Origin: Kiritimatiellia bacterium
GTDB lineage: Bacteria > Verrucomicrobiota > Kiritimatiellia > RFP12 > JAAYLN01
Direction of reading: 5' to 3'
Length of the DNA: 64,000 nt
Assembly: GCA_017962605.1 (NCBI GenBank)
Contig: JAGCUY010000038.1
Span: 350-64,349 of the forward strand
This document shows, in pieces, positions 27,209-35,928 of this stretch (position 1 is the first letter of the stretch; each line of letters opens with the position of its first letter). The notes beneath the pieces were generated by a model. That model worked only from the letters and a program-made list of their open reading frames with translations, did not search any database and was not told the origin of the DNA. The translations under genes were made by a program, and so were the position numbers.

Positions 27209-29326
27209 CTACTTGCCGGCTCCGCCAGATGCCAGCTCGACTGTCAGGACATTGCGGTCGCCTGTGCGGGAATAGGAGATGGACGATGACATCTTCTTCA
27301 CCATCAGGATTCCCAGGCCACCGATGGGACGCTCGGCGGCCCCAAGGGACGTGTCGGGGTCGGTGTGGGCGAGCGGGTCATAGGGCGTGCCGTTATCAGA
27401 GAAGACAATCTTCACGCCGTCCTGGTTCTCAAGCTGCCCGATTTCCACGCTGAATTCGGTTGCCCCGGAGTGCTTGACGATGTTCGAGCATATTTCATCG
27501 AGGATGATGTGGAGCTGGGGAAGTTGCTTCCCGTTACCTATTCCCTGTTCCCCGTTAACTGTTCCCCGTTCCCCGTTCCCCATTACCTCGTCTAAAAAAT
27601 CGCTTGCGTCGGCGATGCCGTCCTGGGTCGGCGGGAAGGTGCGCGTTGCTCCGCGCCGCGAGCCGTTGAACCGGATTATAAGCTGCGTGCAGTCATCCGC
27701 CTGCTCCACGCCTAGGCCGTGTGCCTCCACGCAGGCCATGATCGCGCTAAGCAGGCCGGAACGGGCGCCGTCAAAGAGAGGCATCCCGTTCGCAATCATC
27801 CCGGCGATCGCGCTCTCAAGCCGCTCCTCGCCGAAGAGTTCGTTTTTGGCGTCCGGCTGTTCGGTGATGCCGTCGGTGTAGAGGTATATCGCGTCCCCGG
27901 GCGAAAGCTGAAGCGTCTCGCAGCGGTATTTCATTCCAGGCATCATGCCAAGGACAAGACCCGGCTTGGTGCGCAGGTAGCTTGTCCGGCGACCATCGGC
28001 ACCGGGCTTGCCCGAGATAAGTATGGGCGGATTGTGTCCGGCGTTGACGAATGACACCACGCCGGTTTCAAGATCAAGTTCGCCGACCCAGGCCGTGACG
28101 AACATGTTGGCGCCGTTGTCCCGGCTGAGCGATTCGTTTGCCTCGGCCACGACATCGGCCAACTGGCGGCCAGCCTGCGAGATTCCCTTTATCGACGCCT
28201 TTGCGCGCATCATGAATAGCGCGCCCGGCACGCCCTTCCCGCTCACGTCGGCAATCAGGAACGTGAATTTATTCGGCGCGGAGAAGAAGAAGTCGTAGAA
28301 GTCGCCGCCCACGTCCTTCGCGGGGTCCATGTCAGCGAAGATGTCCATTCGCCGCTCGTCCGAAAAAGGCGGGAAGGTGCGCGGTATGGCGCTTTCCTGG
28401 ATGTCTGCGGCCATCGTCATCTCCTTTGCCCTCTGCGCCGCGAGATGGTCTTTGACATAGCCTGTAATCACGATGCCGACGAGAATCGAGGCCAGAATGA
28501 GCGCCATGCCGTTCAAGAACGCGGAGGTCGCCACGAGGACGCGCCTTTCGACAACCGCCGTGTGCCTTGGGATGACGATGTAAACCGGGAAGCCCTCGAT
28601 CATGCGCTTCTCGCAATAGAAGTCTTTGCCGGGATCCTGCCACTGGCCCCCTTCGTGTCCCGCCTCGGGGTGCGAGATGATGGTGCCGTTGCCGGTGGTG
28701 ATGTATATTCCGCCGTCGTCGCCGGTCACATGCCAGCCGTGCGTCAGCCCGGTGACGGCTGTCCGCGCGAGGTGGCGGACTGTCGGCTCCTGAGCGCCGA
28801 CCTGCACGAAGCCCCCGTCTGGCATCCAGACCCCCACGTACTTGACCATCTCGCCATAGAGCGTGTTGGGCAGCAGCGGCTGCGAAAGCTCGTATTTGTC
28901 GTCGAGCAGCGCCGCGAACTCCCGCGCCTGCCCGGTCGCGGTGCGGAAATTGAACGCCCCGACCGAGGAGCGGCGGGCGCTGTGCGAGAGCGTCCCGTCC
29001 GCGTCGGCGATCGTTATCTCGTCAACGCGGAGGTCGTCGGCAAGTGCGCGAAGGCGGCGGCACGACTCGTCTGGATCGTTCCACCACGCCTCCTCGCGCA
29101 TCTCGTAAATCTTGTCGCGCAGGGCCATCGCCTGGCGGAACATCCGCCCGTCAACGCGCTCGCGGATATCGACGGCCACGTCGTTGAACACATTGTCGAA
29201 TAGGCGGTGCATATCGCGCTTTGTCATGTGCTCGTGGAGCAGCCACGTAAGGAACAATGACGCCACAAAGGCGCCCGCGACCGCGCCGACAAGGCGCCAC
29301 GACAGTTTCTTCTGCGCCGAGGTCAT
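27209..29326 (-). CDS. Membrane sensor fusion: extracytoplasmic domain + PP2C (SpoIIE/RsbU-type) phosphatase + RsbW/SpoIIAB-type HATPase kinase
   Basis: Two TM segments (LVGAVAGAFVASLFLTWLL; AFLNGMALILASILVGIVITGYV) flank a region of about 250 aa. PP2C motifs are VGGDFYDFF, IADVSGKG, NAGHNPP and YTDGITE. The C-terminal kinase motifs are LDEICSNIVKHSG, SDNGTPYDP and GGLGILMV. Confidence 0.88.
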   Translation of the reverse strand: MTSAQKKLSWRLVGAVAGAFVASLFLTWLLHEHMTKRDMHRLFDNVFNDVAVDIRERVDGRMFRQAMALRDKIYEMREEAWWNDPDESCRRLRALADDLRVDEITIADADGTLSHSARRSSVGAFNFRTATGQAREFAALLDDKYELSQPLLPNTLYGEMVKYVGVWMPDGGFVQVGAQEPTVRHLARTAVTGLTHGWHVTGDDGGIYITTGNGTIISHPEAGHEGGQWQDPGKDFYCEKRMIEGFPVYIVIPRHTAVVERRVLVATSAFLNGMALILASILVGIVITGYVKDHLAAQRAKEMTMAADIQESAIPRTFPPFSDERRMDIFADMDPAKDVGGDFYDFFFSAPNKFTFLIADVSGKGVPGALFMMRAKASIKGISQAGRQLADVVAEANESLSRDNGANMFVTAWVGELDLETGVVSFVNAGHNPPILISGKPGADGRRTSYLRTKPGLVLGMMPGMKYRCETLQLSPGDAIYLYTDGITEQPDAKNELFGEERLESAIAGMIANGMPLFDGARSGLLSAIMACVEAHGLGVEQADDCTQLIIRFNGSRRGATRTFPPTQDGIADASDFLDEVMGNGERGTVNGEQGIGNGKQLPQLHIILDEICSNIVKHSGATEFSVEIGQLENQDGVKIVFSDNGTPYDPLAHTDPDTSLGAAERPIGGLGILMVKKMSSSISYSRTGDRNVLTVELASGGAGK
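27531..27586 (-). repeat. GGGGAAC-type heptad array inside the phosphatase-kinase CDS
   Basis: On the plus strand: CCGTTAC CTATTCC CTGTTCC CCGTTAA CTGTTCC CCGTTCC CCGTTCC CCATTAC. The coding strand reads GGGGAACGGGGAACGGGGAAC... and encodes MGNGERGTVNGEQGIGNG. Confidence 0.85.
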
Positions 29327-30003
29327 TGTCCGGCCCTCCTTGCCTCGATTGCCTCGTCAAGCGCCGCCTTTAGCTGCGCGTTCCCCTTCTTCACCGCAAT
29401 GCCGAAGTTCTCCCGCGTCTCAAGGCGGGAGGCAGCGAGCTTGCCGTCGGATTTTTCCGCAATCAGTTTCACCGAGCAGCTGTCGTAGAAGACAGTGTCC
29501 ACCAGCCCGGCTTTCAAATCCTCGACGGCCTGAGAGAAATAGCCGTAGCGGATTGAATCGATGTTGTGCGCGCAGAGGTAGAAGTCGTAGGTGGAGGCGT
29601 CCATCGTGGCAACGCGCATCTGCTCGGCAAGGATCATCGTCGGCATGGGTTCGCCGGCGCGGTAGAGGAACATCCCGCCCTCGACCGCGTATGGGATTGT
29701 GAAATCAACCGTCTGGCGTCGGCCTTCCGTAATCGTTATGCCGGAGGCGGCCAGGTCGGCTTCCCCGGTGCTGACCATAGGCAGCAGCTCAGGGAACTTT
29801 GCCCGGCGGATCTCAAGTTCCCGGCCAAGTTTGGCGGCCGCCTCCCGGGCGATGTCGATTTCAAGGCCGACGACCTCCCCCGTCGCCTCGTCGCGGTAGG
29901 AGTATGGCGGGGTGTCGGTTGTCGTCACAAGGACTAGCGGTGCCTCGGCGGCCGCAATCAACGCCGCTAACGCAGCGCCGAAGAGGACTATGCTTCGTTT
30001 CAC
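29323..30003 (-). CDS. Periplasmic solute-binding protein (amino-acid ABC type, family 3)
   Basis: The signal peptide is MKRSIVLFGAALAALIAAA. ...TTDTPPYSYRD...GLEIDIAREAAAKLG...ASGITITEGR... fits the SBP_bac_3 fold. The GTG start lies 2 nt after the STAS stop, and the stop overlaps the phosphatase start (ATGA). No transporter genes are adjacent. Confidence 0.8.
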   Translation of the reverse strand: MKRSIVLFGAALAALIAAAEAPLVLVTTTDTPPYSYRDEATGEVVGLEIDIAREAAAKLGRELEIRRAKFPELLPMVSTGEADLAASGITITEGRRQTVDFTIPYAVEGGMFLYRAGEPMPTMILAEQMRVATMDASTYDFYLCAHNIDSIRYGYFSQAVEDLKAGLVDTVFYDSCSVKLIAEKSDGKLAASRLETRENFGIAVKKGNAQLKAALDEAIEARRAGQ

Positions 30004-30005
30004 GG

Positions 30006-30299
30006 TTAGACAATCGTAAAGATCGAGCTCATTCCGGTAATGTCGAAGACGCTCTGCACTGTGGGGTTTGGATGGGCGACTGTCATCTTGCCGCCACAGG
30101 CCATCATCGCCTTCTGCGCAGTCATCAGGATGCGCAGGCCGGCGGATGAGATGTATTCGAGCTCGGCGAAATCGAAGTTGACTTCCATGATGCCGTCGAG
30201 TTTGAGTTCGGCCTCGAGATCGGGCGCGGTGTTGGTGTCGAGTCGGCCGCCCACCTTCAGCGTGAGCGCGTTGCCATTAAGTTGCTTTTCTATGTTCAT
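30006..30299 (-). CDS. STAS-domain anti-sigma-factor antagonist (RsbV/SpoIIAA-like)
   Basis: MNIEKQLNGNALTLKVGGRLDTNTAPDLE...FAELEYISSAGLRIL has the conserved phosphorylatable Ser context. The start is ATG 30299. Confidence 0.85.
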   Translation of the reverse strand: MNIEKQLNGNALTLKVGGRLDTNTAPDLEAELKLDGIMEVNFDFAELEYISSAGLRILMTAQKAMMACGGKMTVAHPNPTVQSVFDITGMSSIFTIV

Positions 30300-30374
30300 T
30301 GTTTTTCCACCGCGCATATTCTAGCAAAAACGCGGCGACGGCGCGTGATTGGCAAAAAAAGAAACCCTTCCACA

Positions 30375-30403
30375 TGCCGCGAAGCGGCGATTTTTGGTAT
30401 TAT
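30375..30403 (+). promoter_or_regulatory. Extended -10 promoter of the FAD-dependent oxidoreductase gene
   Basis: TGGTATTAT (-10 TATTAT at 30398-30403) with a poor -35. The short leader carries GAGGT before ATG 30420. Confidence 0.35.
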
Positions 30404-30419
30404 TATTGTAGAGGTAATC

Positions 30420-32210
30420 ATGGGAAAGACACCCTTTGCAACAGAAACCATCGATGTTGATTTCTGCGTCGTCGGCGGCGGCATCGCCGGCATCTGCGCG
30501 GCCATTGCGGCCGCGCGCCGAGGAGCCTCCGTGGCCCTCATCCACGACCGCCCCGTGTTCGGCGGCAACGCCTCGTCTGAGGTCAGGATGTGGCTCTGCG
30601 GCTGCGTCGGCAAGAACCTCCACGAGACGGGCATCGTCGAAGAGCTCCAGCTCGACAATCTGTTCTTCAACCCCTCGCGCAACTACTCCCTCTGGGACGC
30701 GGTCCTCTACGGCGCAGTCCGCAAGGAGTCGCGCATCAACGCGATTCTCAACTGCTCCTGCTGCTCTGCCGAGATGGATGGCAACCGCATCGTATCCGTC
30801 ACCGGCTGGCAGACGACCACCCAGAGCTGGAAGGTAGTCCGCGCCCCGCTCTTTGCCGACTGCTCGGGCGACAGCGTCCTCGCGCCACTCGCCGGCGCCG
30901 ACTTCCGCATCGGTCGCGAGGCCCGCGCCGAGTTCGGCGAGTCGCTTGCCCATGACGAATCCGACTCACACACAATGGGGATGAGCTGTCTCATCCAGGC
31001 GCGCGAATGCGCCTCACCGCAGCCATTCACACCCCTGCCCTGGGCGCGCCGCTTCCCCGGCGGCGCCGGCCTCAAGGATCGTTTCCGCAACTTCGACCCT
31101 GGCAACAACTACTGGTGGCTCGAACTCGGCGGCATGGGCGACTCCATCGCCGACACAGAGCGCGTCCGCGACGATCTCGTCGCCACCGCACTCGGGCTCT
31201 GGGACTACTACAAGAACGACGGCGACCACGGCGCGGCCAACTGGGCGCTTGACTGGCTCGGCTTCCTCCCCGGCAAACGCGAGAGCCGCCGCTGCCTCGG
31301 CGACGTCATCCTCACACAGAACGACCTCGTCGAGCGCCGCGAGTTCCCCGACGCCGTTGCCTACGGCGGGTGGCCGCTCGACGACCACGACCCGCACGGC
31401 TTCGAGGGAACAACGCCCTCCAACATCTCTATAAAAATCGACACCCCCTACCAGATTCCCTACCGCTGCCTCTACTCGCGCAACGTCGGGAACCTGTTCT
31501 TCGCCGGACGCAACATCAGCGTCTCCCATGCCGCGCTTTCATCCACGCGCGTCATGTGCACATGCGGCGTAGTCGGCCAGGCCGTCGGCACCGCGGCGAC
31601 CATTGCCGCCAGCCACGGTACCACCCCGCGCGGCATCTACGAAAGCCACATCGGGGAACTGCGCCAGGCCCTCCTCGAAGACGACTGCTATATCCCCGGC
31701 GCCACCCGCGCCATTCCCGAAGCCGCACGCAAGGCGACTCTCTCGCTTGAACTTCCCGCCGGCACCCGTCCTGTCGGCGCAGTCCTTCAGACAGCGCCTC
31801 TCCTCAATGGGATCGACCGCCCCGTAGGCGATGTCGACAACGGCGCCACCATCCCAGTTGGCGCCGCTCTCGACCTGACCTTCGACGCGCCGCGCCAGGT
31901 TTCCTCAATCCGCATCGTCTTCGACAGCGATTTGAACCGCCTTGGCGCGAACAAGTTCAACACGCCTTCCAACTACCCGCTCAACGCCGCCAAGGTCGCC
32001 ATGCCCGCGCCGCTGACCCGCGACTTCCGCGTGGAGGCGCTCGATGCCGCCACCGGCGCATGGCGCCTTGTTGTCCGCATCGCCAACAACCACAGGCGGC
32101 TCGTCACCATCCAATGCGGCGGCGCGCCAGCGACGGCCCTGCGTCTAGTTCCCGAGCGCCTCTGGGGCGGCGGGGAAGTCTGCCATCTCTTCGCCTTCGA
32201 CTTTACTTGA
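30420..32210 (+). CDS. FAD-dependent oxidoreductase (FAD_oxidored-type) with C-terminal jelly-roll-like add-on
   Basis: VDFCVVGGGIAGICAAIAAARRGASVALIHDRPVFGGNASSE is an FAD GxGxxG motif. The start is ATG 30420, within the longer track ORF 30282... Confidence 0.85.
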   Translation: MGKTPFATETIDVDFCVVGGGIAGICAAIAAARRGASVALIHDRPVFGGNASSEVRMWLCGCVGKNLHETGIVEELQLDNLFFNPSRNYSLWDAVLYGAVRKESRINAILNCSCCSAEMDGNRIVSVTGWQTTTQSWKVVRAPLFADCSGDSVLAPLAGADFRIGREARAEFGESLAHDESDSHTMGMSCLIQARECASPQPFTPLPWARRFPGGAGLKDRFRNFDPGNNYWWLELGGMGDSIADTERVRDDLVATALGLWDYYKNDGDHGAANWALDWLGFLPGKRESRRCLGDVILTQNDLVERREFPDAVAYGGWPLDDHDPHGFEGTTPSNISIKIDTPYQIPYRCLYSRNVGNLFFAGRNISVSHAALSSTRVMCTCGVVGQAVGTAATIAASHGTTPRGIYESHIGELRQALLEDDCYIPGATRAIPEAARKATLSLELPAGTRPVGAVLQTAPLLNGIDRPVGDVDNGATIPVGAALDLTFDAPRQVSSIRIVFDSDLNRLGANKFNTPSNYPLNAAKVAMPAPLTRDFRVEALDAATGAWRLVVRIANNHRRLVTIQCGGAPATALRLVPERLWGGGEVCHLFAFDFT

Positions 32211-32224
32211 AGGGTTGAGCCCCC

Positions 32225-34270
32225 TCATTCCGTCGTGTCTTCGCCGACTTGAGGCAACCCCTTTACGGGGTTGCCGTAAAGTCTCTCCCCCACTTGCCTA
32301 GCGGCGGCGCAAAGCTCACGGTATGGGCGGTCGCAGCCATCAACGAAGCCGCACTGGTAGGCCTCGCCGTCGCCGCGACCAATCAGCGGCTGGTCGCGCC
32401 ACTGGAACCAGTGGCAGCCCACTATCAGCGGGTGGCGAAGCGCGCCTTCCACGAAGCGCGCGTATGAGCGACCGCGCTCTGCCTGGTCTCCAACCGGACA
32501 GAGGCTTGCCTTGAACATGCCGCGATCCATGCAGCCGAAGTGGAACTCGCCCAGCAGGATGGGCCGCTCATGCCCCTTCCCGAACATCCGCCCGGAGATG
32601 TTGGCGACGGAATTGGCGTAGGCGTTCACGGTGACTACGTCGCAGTATTTGGCGGCCGTCCGCCACAGCACGCCCGCCTGGCGGAAACCCACGAACCGCG
32701 AGCCGAGGTAGAGTTTGCCTGGAGCCGCCCGCTCCAGTTCCTCCTTGCAGAGGCGGAAGTAGAGGTCCAGATATGGCTCGGCTCTCTTTTCGCCGACTTC
32801 TGGAATCCATTTCTGGAACTGGAGTTCGTTGTCGATGAAGAAGCCGATGCAGAGCGGATCGCGCGCGGCGCGGCGCAGGGTCGCGTCCTCTGCGAACTTG
32901 GCTCGGATTGCGACACGCATGTTCTTCTCAAAATCTGGATCCTCGAAATCGTAGATGTGGAACTTCGCATGGCGCTTCACGCCCTTTGCCCTTTCCAGAA
33001 CGCTGACGACGTAAGGCATCTTGGCCGAATCAAGCAGCTCGCGGGCGCTCCAGTTGCCGATGGTGTTGATGCCCCAGGCGGAGAGCCTGCGCTGCACGAA
33101 GGCATAGTAGTCGGGGAGGTAGTCATCCTTGCCGAACTTCTTCGCCAGATTCCAGGCGGGGTAGGCCATCATCCGGCTTGGCGGGACGGGCGTCTCGTGC
33201 CAGTTGGGGTGCTTTGTGCCATCGGAGGCGTCGGCGTTGTCGCGGATGACGTCTATGCCCGTCGAGAGGAAGAGATGGCCTTCGGGAGTCACCAGCCACC
33301 AGCGTCCGCCATGACGCGCGGTGCGGAAGTGGCCGGTGGCGCGAAGGCGCGGGCCGTCGCGCCACCCGCCGAACTTGTCCCACGACGCCGGACGCGGCGC
33401 TGCGGCTAGTTTCGCCTCCTCGCGGGAAAGGTCGGAGCGGAGTTCGTCATCGGAATGCACCTTGGCTGGCCAATCGGAGTGGCGGTATTGGCCGTAGCGG
33501 TCAATGAATGGGAAGAAATCGGTGGCCGGAGGAGGCGATGGCAGCGGCTCGCCCTCAAGCCGCAGGTTGGTGAGGCGGCAGTTCACCACCCACTTGAACT
33601 CGTCCTCAAAGGGCCACTGGCACTGGAACTCCACGCAGTTGATGTGTTCCGTATCGACCAGGCGCGGCCCCGGAGCGCCCTCCGGCGTGGCGTAGGCGGG
33701 ATGCGGAAGGAGAATGCGCATGGTGGCATTCTCGCCTGGGTCAAGGCCGATGCCGGTGTTTGCGGCGAGGTTCTTTGTGAAATTGGCGGCGGCATGGTCG
33801 GCTGCGGCGCTGTCTGCGCCGCCGCTGGAGATGTGCATGGTGAGGCGCATCTGGCGGTCGGTGGCTAGGTTCTCGACATCAACGGCAAGGTAGCGCGCCT
33901 TGGAGAAGTCAAAGCAGCGGGAGCCCTCTGGCGGGTCAAGGCGAAGGCCGCATGACCACTCGGCGCTCGGCATTCGCAGGATGACGGCGTTGTCGCCATC
34001 TTCCAGCACAGTTGCACCGTGAATGGCGCGGAGGGTGCATGAGGCGAAGGAAAAGGGCGGGGCTGACGGCAAAGTAGAATCAATGGGTTCTGGACTGCCT
34101 ATGTGCTCTGGACTGTCTAGATGCTCTAGACTGTCTAGACGCTCTAGGTCTTCTAGATGCTCTAGATTTCCCGGTTGCTCCTGACCCGCCAAGCCTCCCT
34201 GCCCGAAGTGGCGGTAGGCCAGCCAGGACGCAACGATGATTATGGTAAAAATGATCAGAAGTTGTTTCAT
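32225..34270 (-). CDS. Glycosidase-like TIM-barrel protein, paralogue 1 (GH42/agarase-like; family unresolved), N-terminal membrane anchor + CBM-like domain
   Basis: It has FPFIDRYGQYRHSDWPAKV...GGWRDGPRLRATGHFRTARHGGRWWLVTPEGHLFLSTGI and the C-terminal block HWFQWRDQPLIGRGDGEAYQCGFVDGCDRPYRE. The N-terminal TM segment is LLIIFTIIIVASWLA. Confidence 0.75.
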   Translation of the reverse strand: MKQLLIIFTIIIVASWLAYRHFGQGGLAGQEQPGNLEHLEDLERLDSLEHLDSPEHIGSPEPIDSTLPSAPPFSFASCTLRAIHGATVLEDGDNAVILRMPSAEWSCGLRLDPPEGSRCFDFSKARYLAVDVENLATDRQMRLTMHISSGGADSAAADHAAANFTKNLAANTGIGLDPGENATMRILLPHPAYATPEGAPGPRLVDTEHINCVEFQCQWPFEDEFKWVVNCRLTNLRLEGEPLPSPPPATDFFPFIDRYGQYRHSDWPAKVHSDDELRSDLSREEAKLAAAPRPASWDKFGGWRDGPRLRATGHFRTARHGGRWWLVTPEGHLFLSTGIDVIRDNADASDGTKHPNWHETPVPPSRMMAYPAWNLAKKFGKDDYLPDYYAFVQRRLSAWGINTIGNWSARELLDSAKMPYVVSVLERAKGVKRHAKFHIYDFEDPDFEKNMRVAIRAKFAEDATLRRAARDPLCIGFFIDNELQFQKWIPEVGEKRAEPYLDLYFRLCKEELERAAPGKLYLGSRFVGFRQAGVLWRTAAKYCDVVTVNAYANSVANISGRMFGKGHERPILLGEFHFGCMDRGMFKASLCPVGDQAERGRSYARFVEGALRHPLIVGCHWFQWRDQPLIGRGDGEAYQCGFVDGCDRPYRELCAAARQVGERLYGNPVKGLPQVGEDTTE
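34087..34171 (-). repeat. In-frame 18-nt tandem repeat (~4.7 units) in paralogue 1
   Basis: GTTCTGGACTGCCTATGT GCTCTGGACTGTCTAGAT GCTCTAGACTGTCTAGAC GCTCTAGGTCTTCTAGAT GCTCTAGATTTCC. It encodes NLEHLEDLERLDSLEHLDSPEHIGSPEP after the membrane anchor. Confidence 0.85.
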
Positions 34271-34325
34271 AAAGGTTAGCTGCTTATTTTCGCGATTGTT
34301 ATCGACATCAATCGGTGGCCGAACG

Positions 34326-34365
34326 CCGACTGCCGATTACCGGCTACCGGCTGCCGATTGCCGCC
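34326..34365. repeat. Heptad array spanning the stop codon of paralogue 2
   Basis: CCGACTG CCGATTA CCGGCTA CCGGCTG CCGATTG CCGCC. The stop (TAA, 34337-34339) lies inside unit 2, and the array encodes the C-terminal ...RRQSAAGSR. Confidence 0.75.
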
Positions 34366-35830
34366 GGCATTCGTAAAGTTGCTCCCCAATCTCGCGGACC
34401 GCTGCGATCACTTCACGGTAGGGGCGGTCGCAGACATCGACGAGGCCAATGGCGAAGGCCTCGCCGTCGTCGCGGCCAATGAGCGGCTGGTCGCGGTATT
34501 GGAACCAGTGGGCGCCTACCACCAGCGGGTTTGAAAGCGCGCCGTGCATGAAGGCACGGAGGGCCTCGGCGCGAGCCTCCTGCGAGGGAAGAGCCACAGG
34601 CCCCGCCGCGAACATACCTCGGTCCAGGCACCCGAAGGTGAATGTGCCAATAAGCAGCGGACGCTCCGGCGCGGCCGGAGTGCAGAGCGGCCGCAGTCCT
34701 GATGCGTCGCGTAGATGGACATCGGCGATGAGAACGTCGGCGAACTCCGCCGCCGCGTCCCATGCGGTTGCAGGATGCTCCATTCCCGCGAAGGCCGCCG
34801 GGAAGAAAAGGCGCTTGGGGGCAAGCTCCTTGATGGCGGCGCGCGCGGCGCGGAAGTAGCGCCGCAGCCATTCGAGGCGGAAGGCCTCGGCATCGGCGGC
34901 GAAGCCCGCGCCGGGAAGCGGCGCAGGCAGGCTGGCCAGCTGCGGCCATGTGGCAAGGCACGTGCCCCAGGCGGCGTTGATGGCGGCCAGGGAGCCATAT
35001 TTGGCGTGGACGCCCTCGAAAAAGGCGTTCTTCGCGGGCGAGGCGCGGAAGTCCTGCGCCATCATCACGGGGATCATCGTCCCAAACGCAAGCTCGTTGT
35101 CAATTGAGAGCCCGATGCAGAATGGGTCTTCTACTGCGGCGGCCACGGCCCGCTCGCGATGCGCCTGTGCTAGGACGCCCTCGCGGAAGCGCTCTTCGAA
35201 GTCGGGGTGGAAAACATCGTAGATGCGCGTGCCAGGAAGACGCGGGGCGCGGGCGGGCGACTCCAACTCCAGAAGGTAGGGCGTGCGGCCGACGGCGGGG
35301 AGGCGCCATGCACCCCAGCGGCCAATCGTGTTGAAGCCCCATGACACGAGCCTCGCGTGAATTAGGCGGTAGTAGTCGGAGAGATAGTCGGCCTTGCCGA
35401 ACTTGCGCTGGAGGTTCCAGTGAGTGAATGCCATGCCGCCGTTTTTGGGCGGGGGCGTCTCATACCATTCAGGGTGGCGGTGGCCGTTGGCAATGTCGGT
35501 CTGGTGGCGCAGGGTGTCCACACCGAAGGAAAAGAACAGGTGGCCTTCAGGTGTGACAAGCCACCAGCGGCCATTGACCTTCTCCGTGCGGAATGCGCCG
35601 GTGGCCTCAAGCGCAGGGCCGTCGCGCCAGCCGCCGAAAGAGTCCCATGCTGCCGGCGCGGGGCCAAGAGATGCGCGTTCGGCGGCGAGGTCTGCGGCGA
35701 AGTCGCTTTCGTCATGGACCTTCTCCGGCCAGTCGGCGTGGGCGAACTGGCCGAAGCGGTCGATGAAGGGATGCTTCAGCGCGGCGTATGGAACCGCCGG
35801 GGAGTTGAGTGTGTAGCGGGGTGTGACCAT
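34337..35830 (-). CDS. Glycosidase-like TIM-barrel protein, paralogue 2 (lacks signal/anchor and N-terminal domain)
   Basis: It starts MVTPRYTLNSPAVPYAALKHPFIDRFGQFAHADWPEKV..., about 20 aa before the conserved block. The C-terminal block is HWFQYRDQPLIGRDDGEAFAIGLVDVCDRPYRE. No SD is seen before the ATG. Confidence 0.7.
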   Translation of the reverse strand: MVTPRYTLNSPAVPYAALKHPFIDRFGQFAHADWPEKVHDESDFAADLAAERASLGPAPAAWDSFGGWRDGPALEATGAFRTEKVNGRWWLVTPEGHLFFSFGVDTLRHQTDIANGHRHPEWYETPPPKNGGMAFTHWNLQRKFGKADYLSDYYRLIHARLVSWGFNTIGRWGAWRLPAVGRTPYLLELESPARAPRLPGTRIYDVFHPDFEERFREGVLAQAHRERAVAAAVEDPFCIGLSIDNELAFGTMIPVMMAQDFRASPAKNAFFEGVHAKYGSLAAINAAWGTCLATWPQLASLPAPLPGAGFAADAEAFRLEWLRRYFRAARAAIKELAPKRLFFPAAFAGMEHPATAWDAAAEFADVLIADVHLRDASGLRPLCTPAAPERPLLIGTFTFGCLDRGMFAAGPVALPSQEARAEALRAFMHGALSNPLVVGAHWFQYRDQPLIGRDDGEAFAIGLVDVCDRPYREVIAAVREIGEQLYECRRQSAAGSR

Positions 35831-35880
35831 AGGGAATTAGGGAATAGGGGCTAGGGAGTAGGGAATAGGGGCTAGGGGGA
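35831..35880 (+). repeat. TAGGGNN heptad array (7 units) abutting the start codon of paralogue 2; G-quadruplex potential
   Basis: (T)AGGGAAT TAGGGAA TAGGGGC TAGGGAG TAGGGAA TAGGGGC TAGGGGG on the plus strand. The sense strand of the flanking genes therefore reads as a C-rich leader ending ...CTAATTCCCT-ATG. Confidence 0.9.
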
Positions 35881-35928
35881 AAATGGGTGTGTGAGATTCG
35901 GCTATCGATTGCAATCGGCCACCGATTG

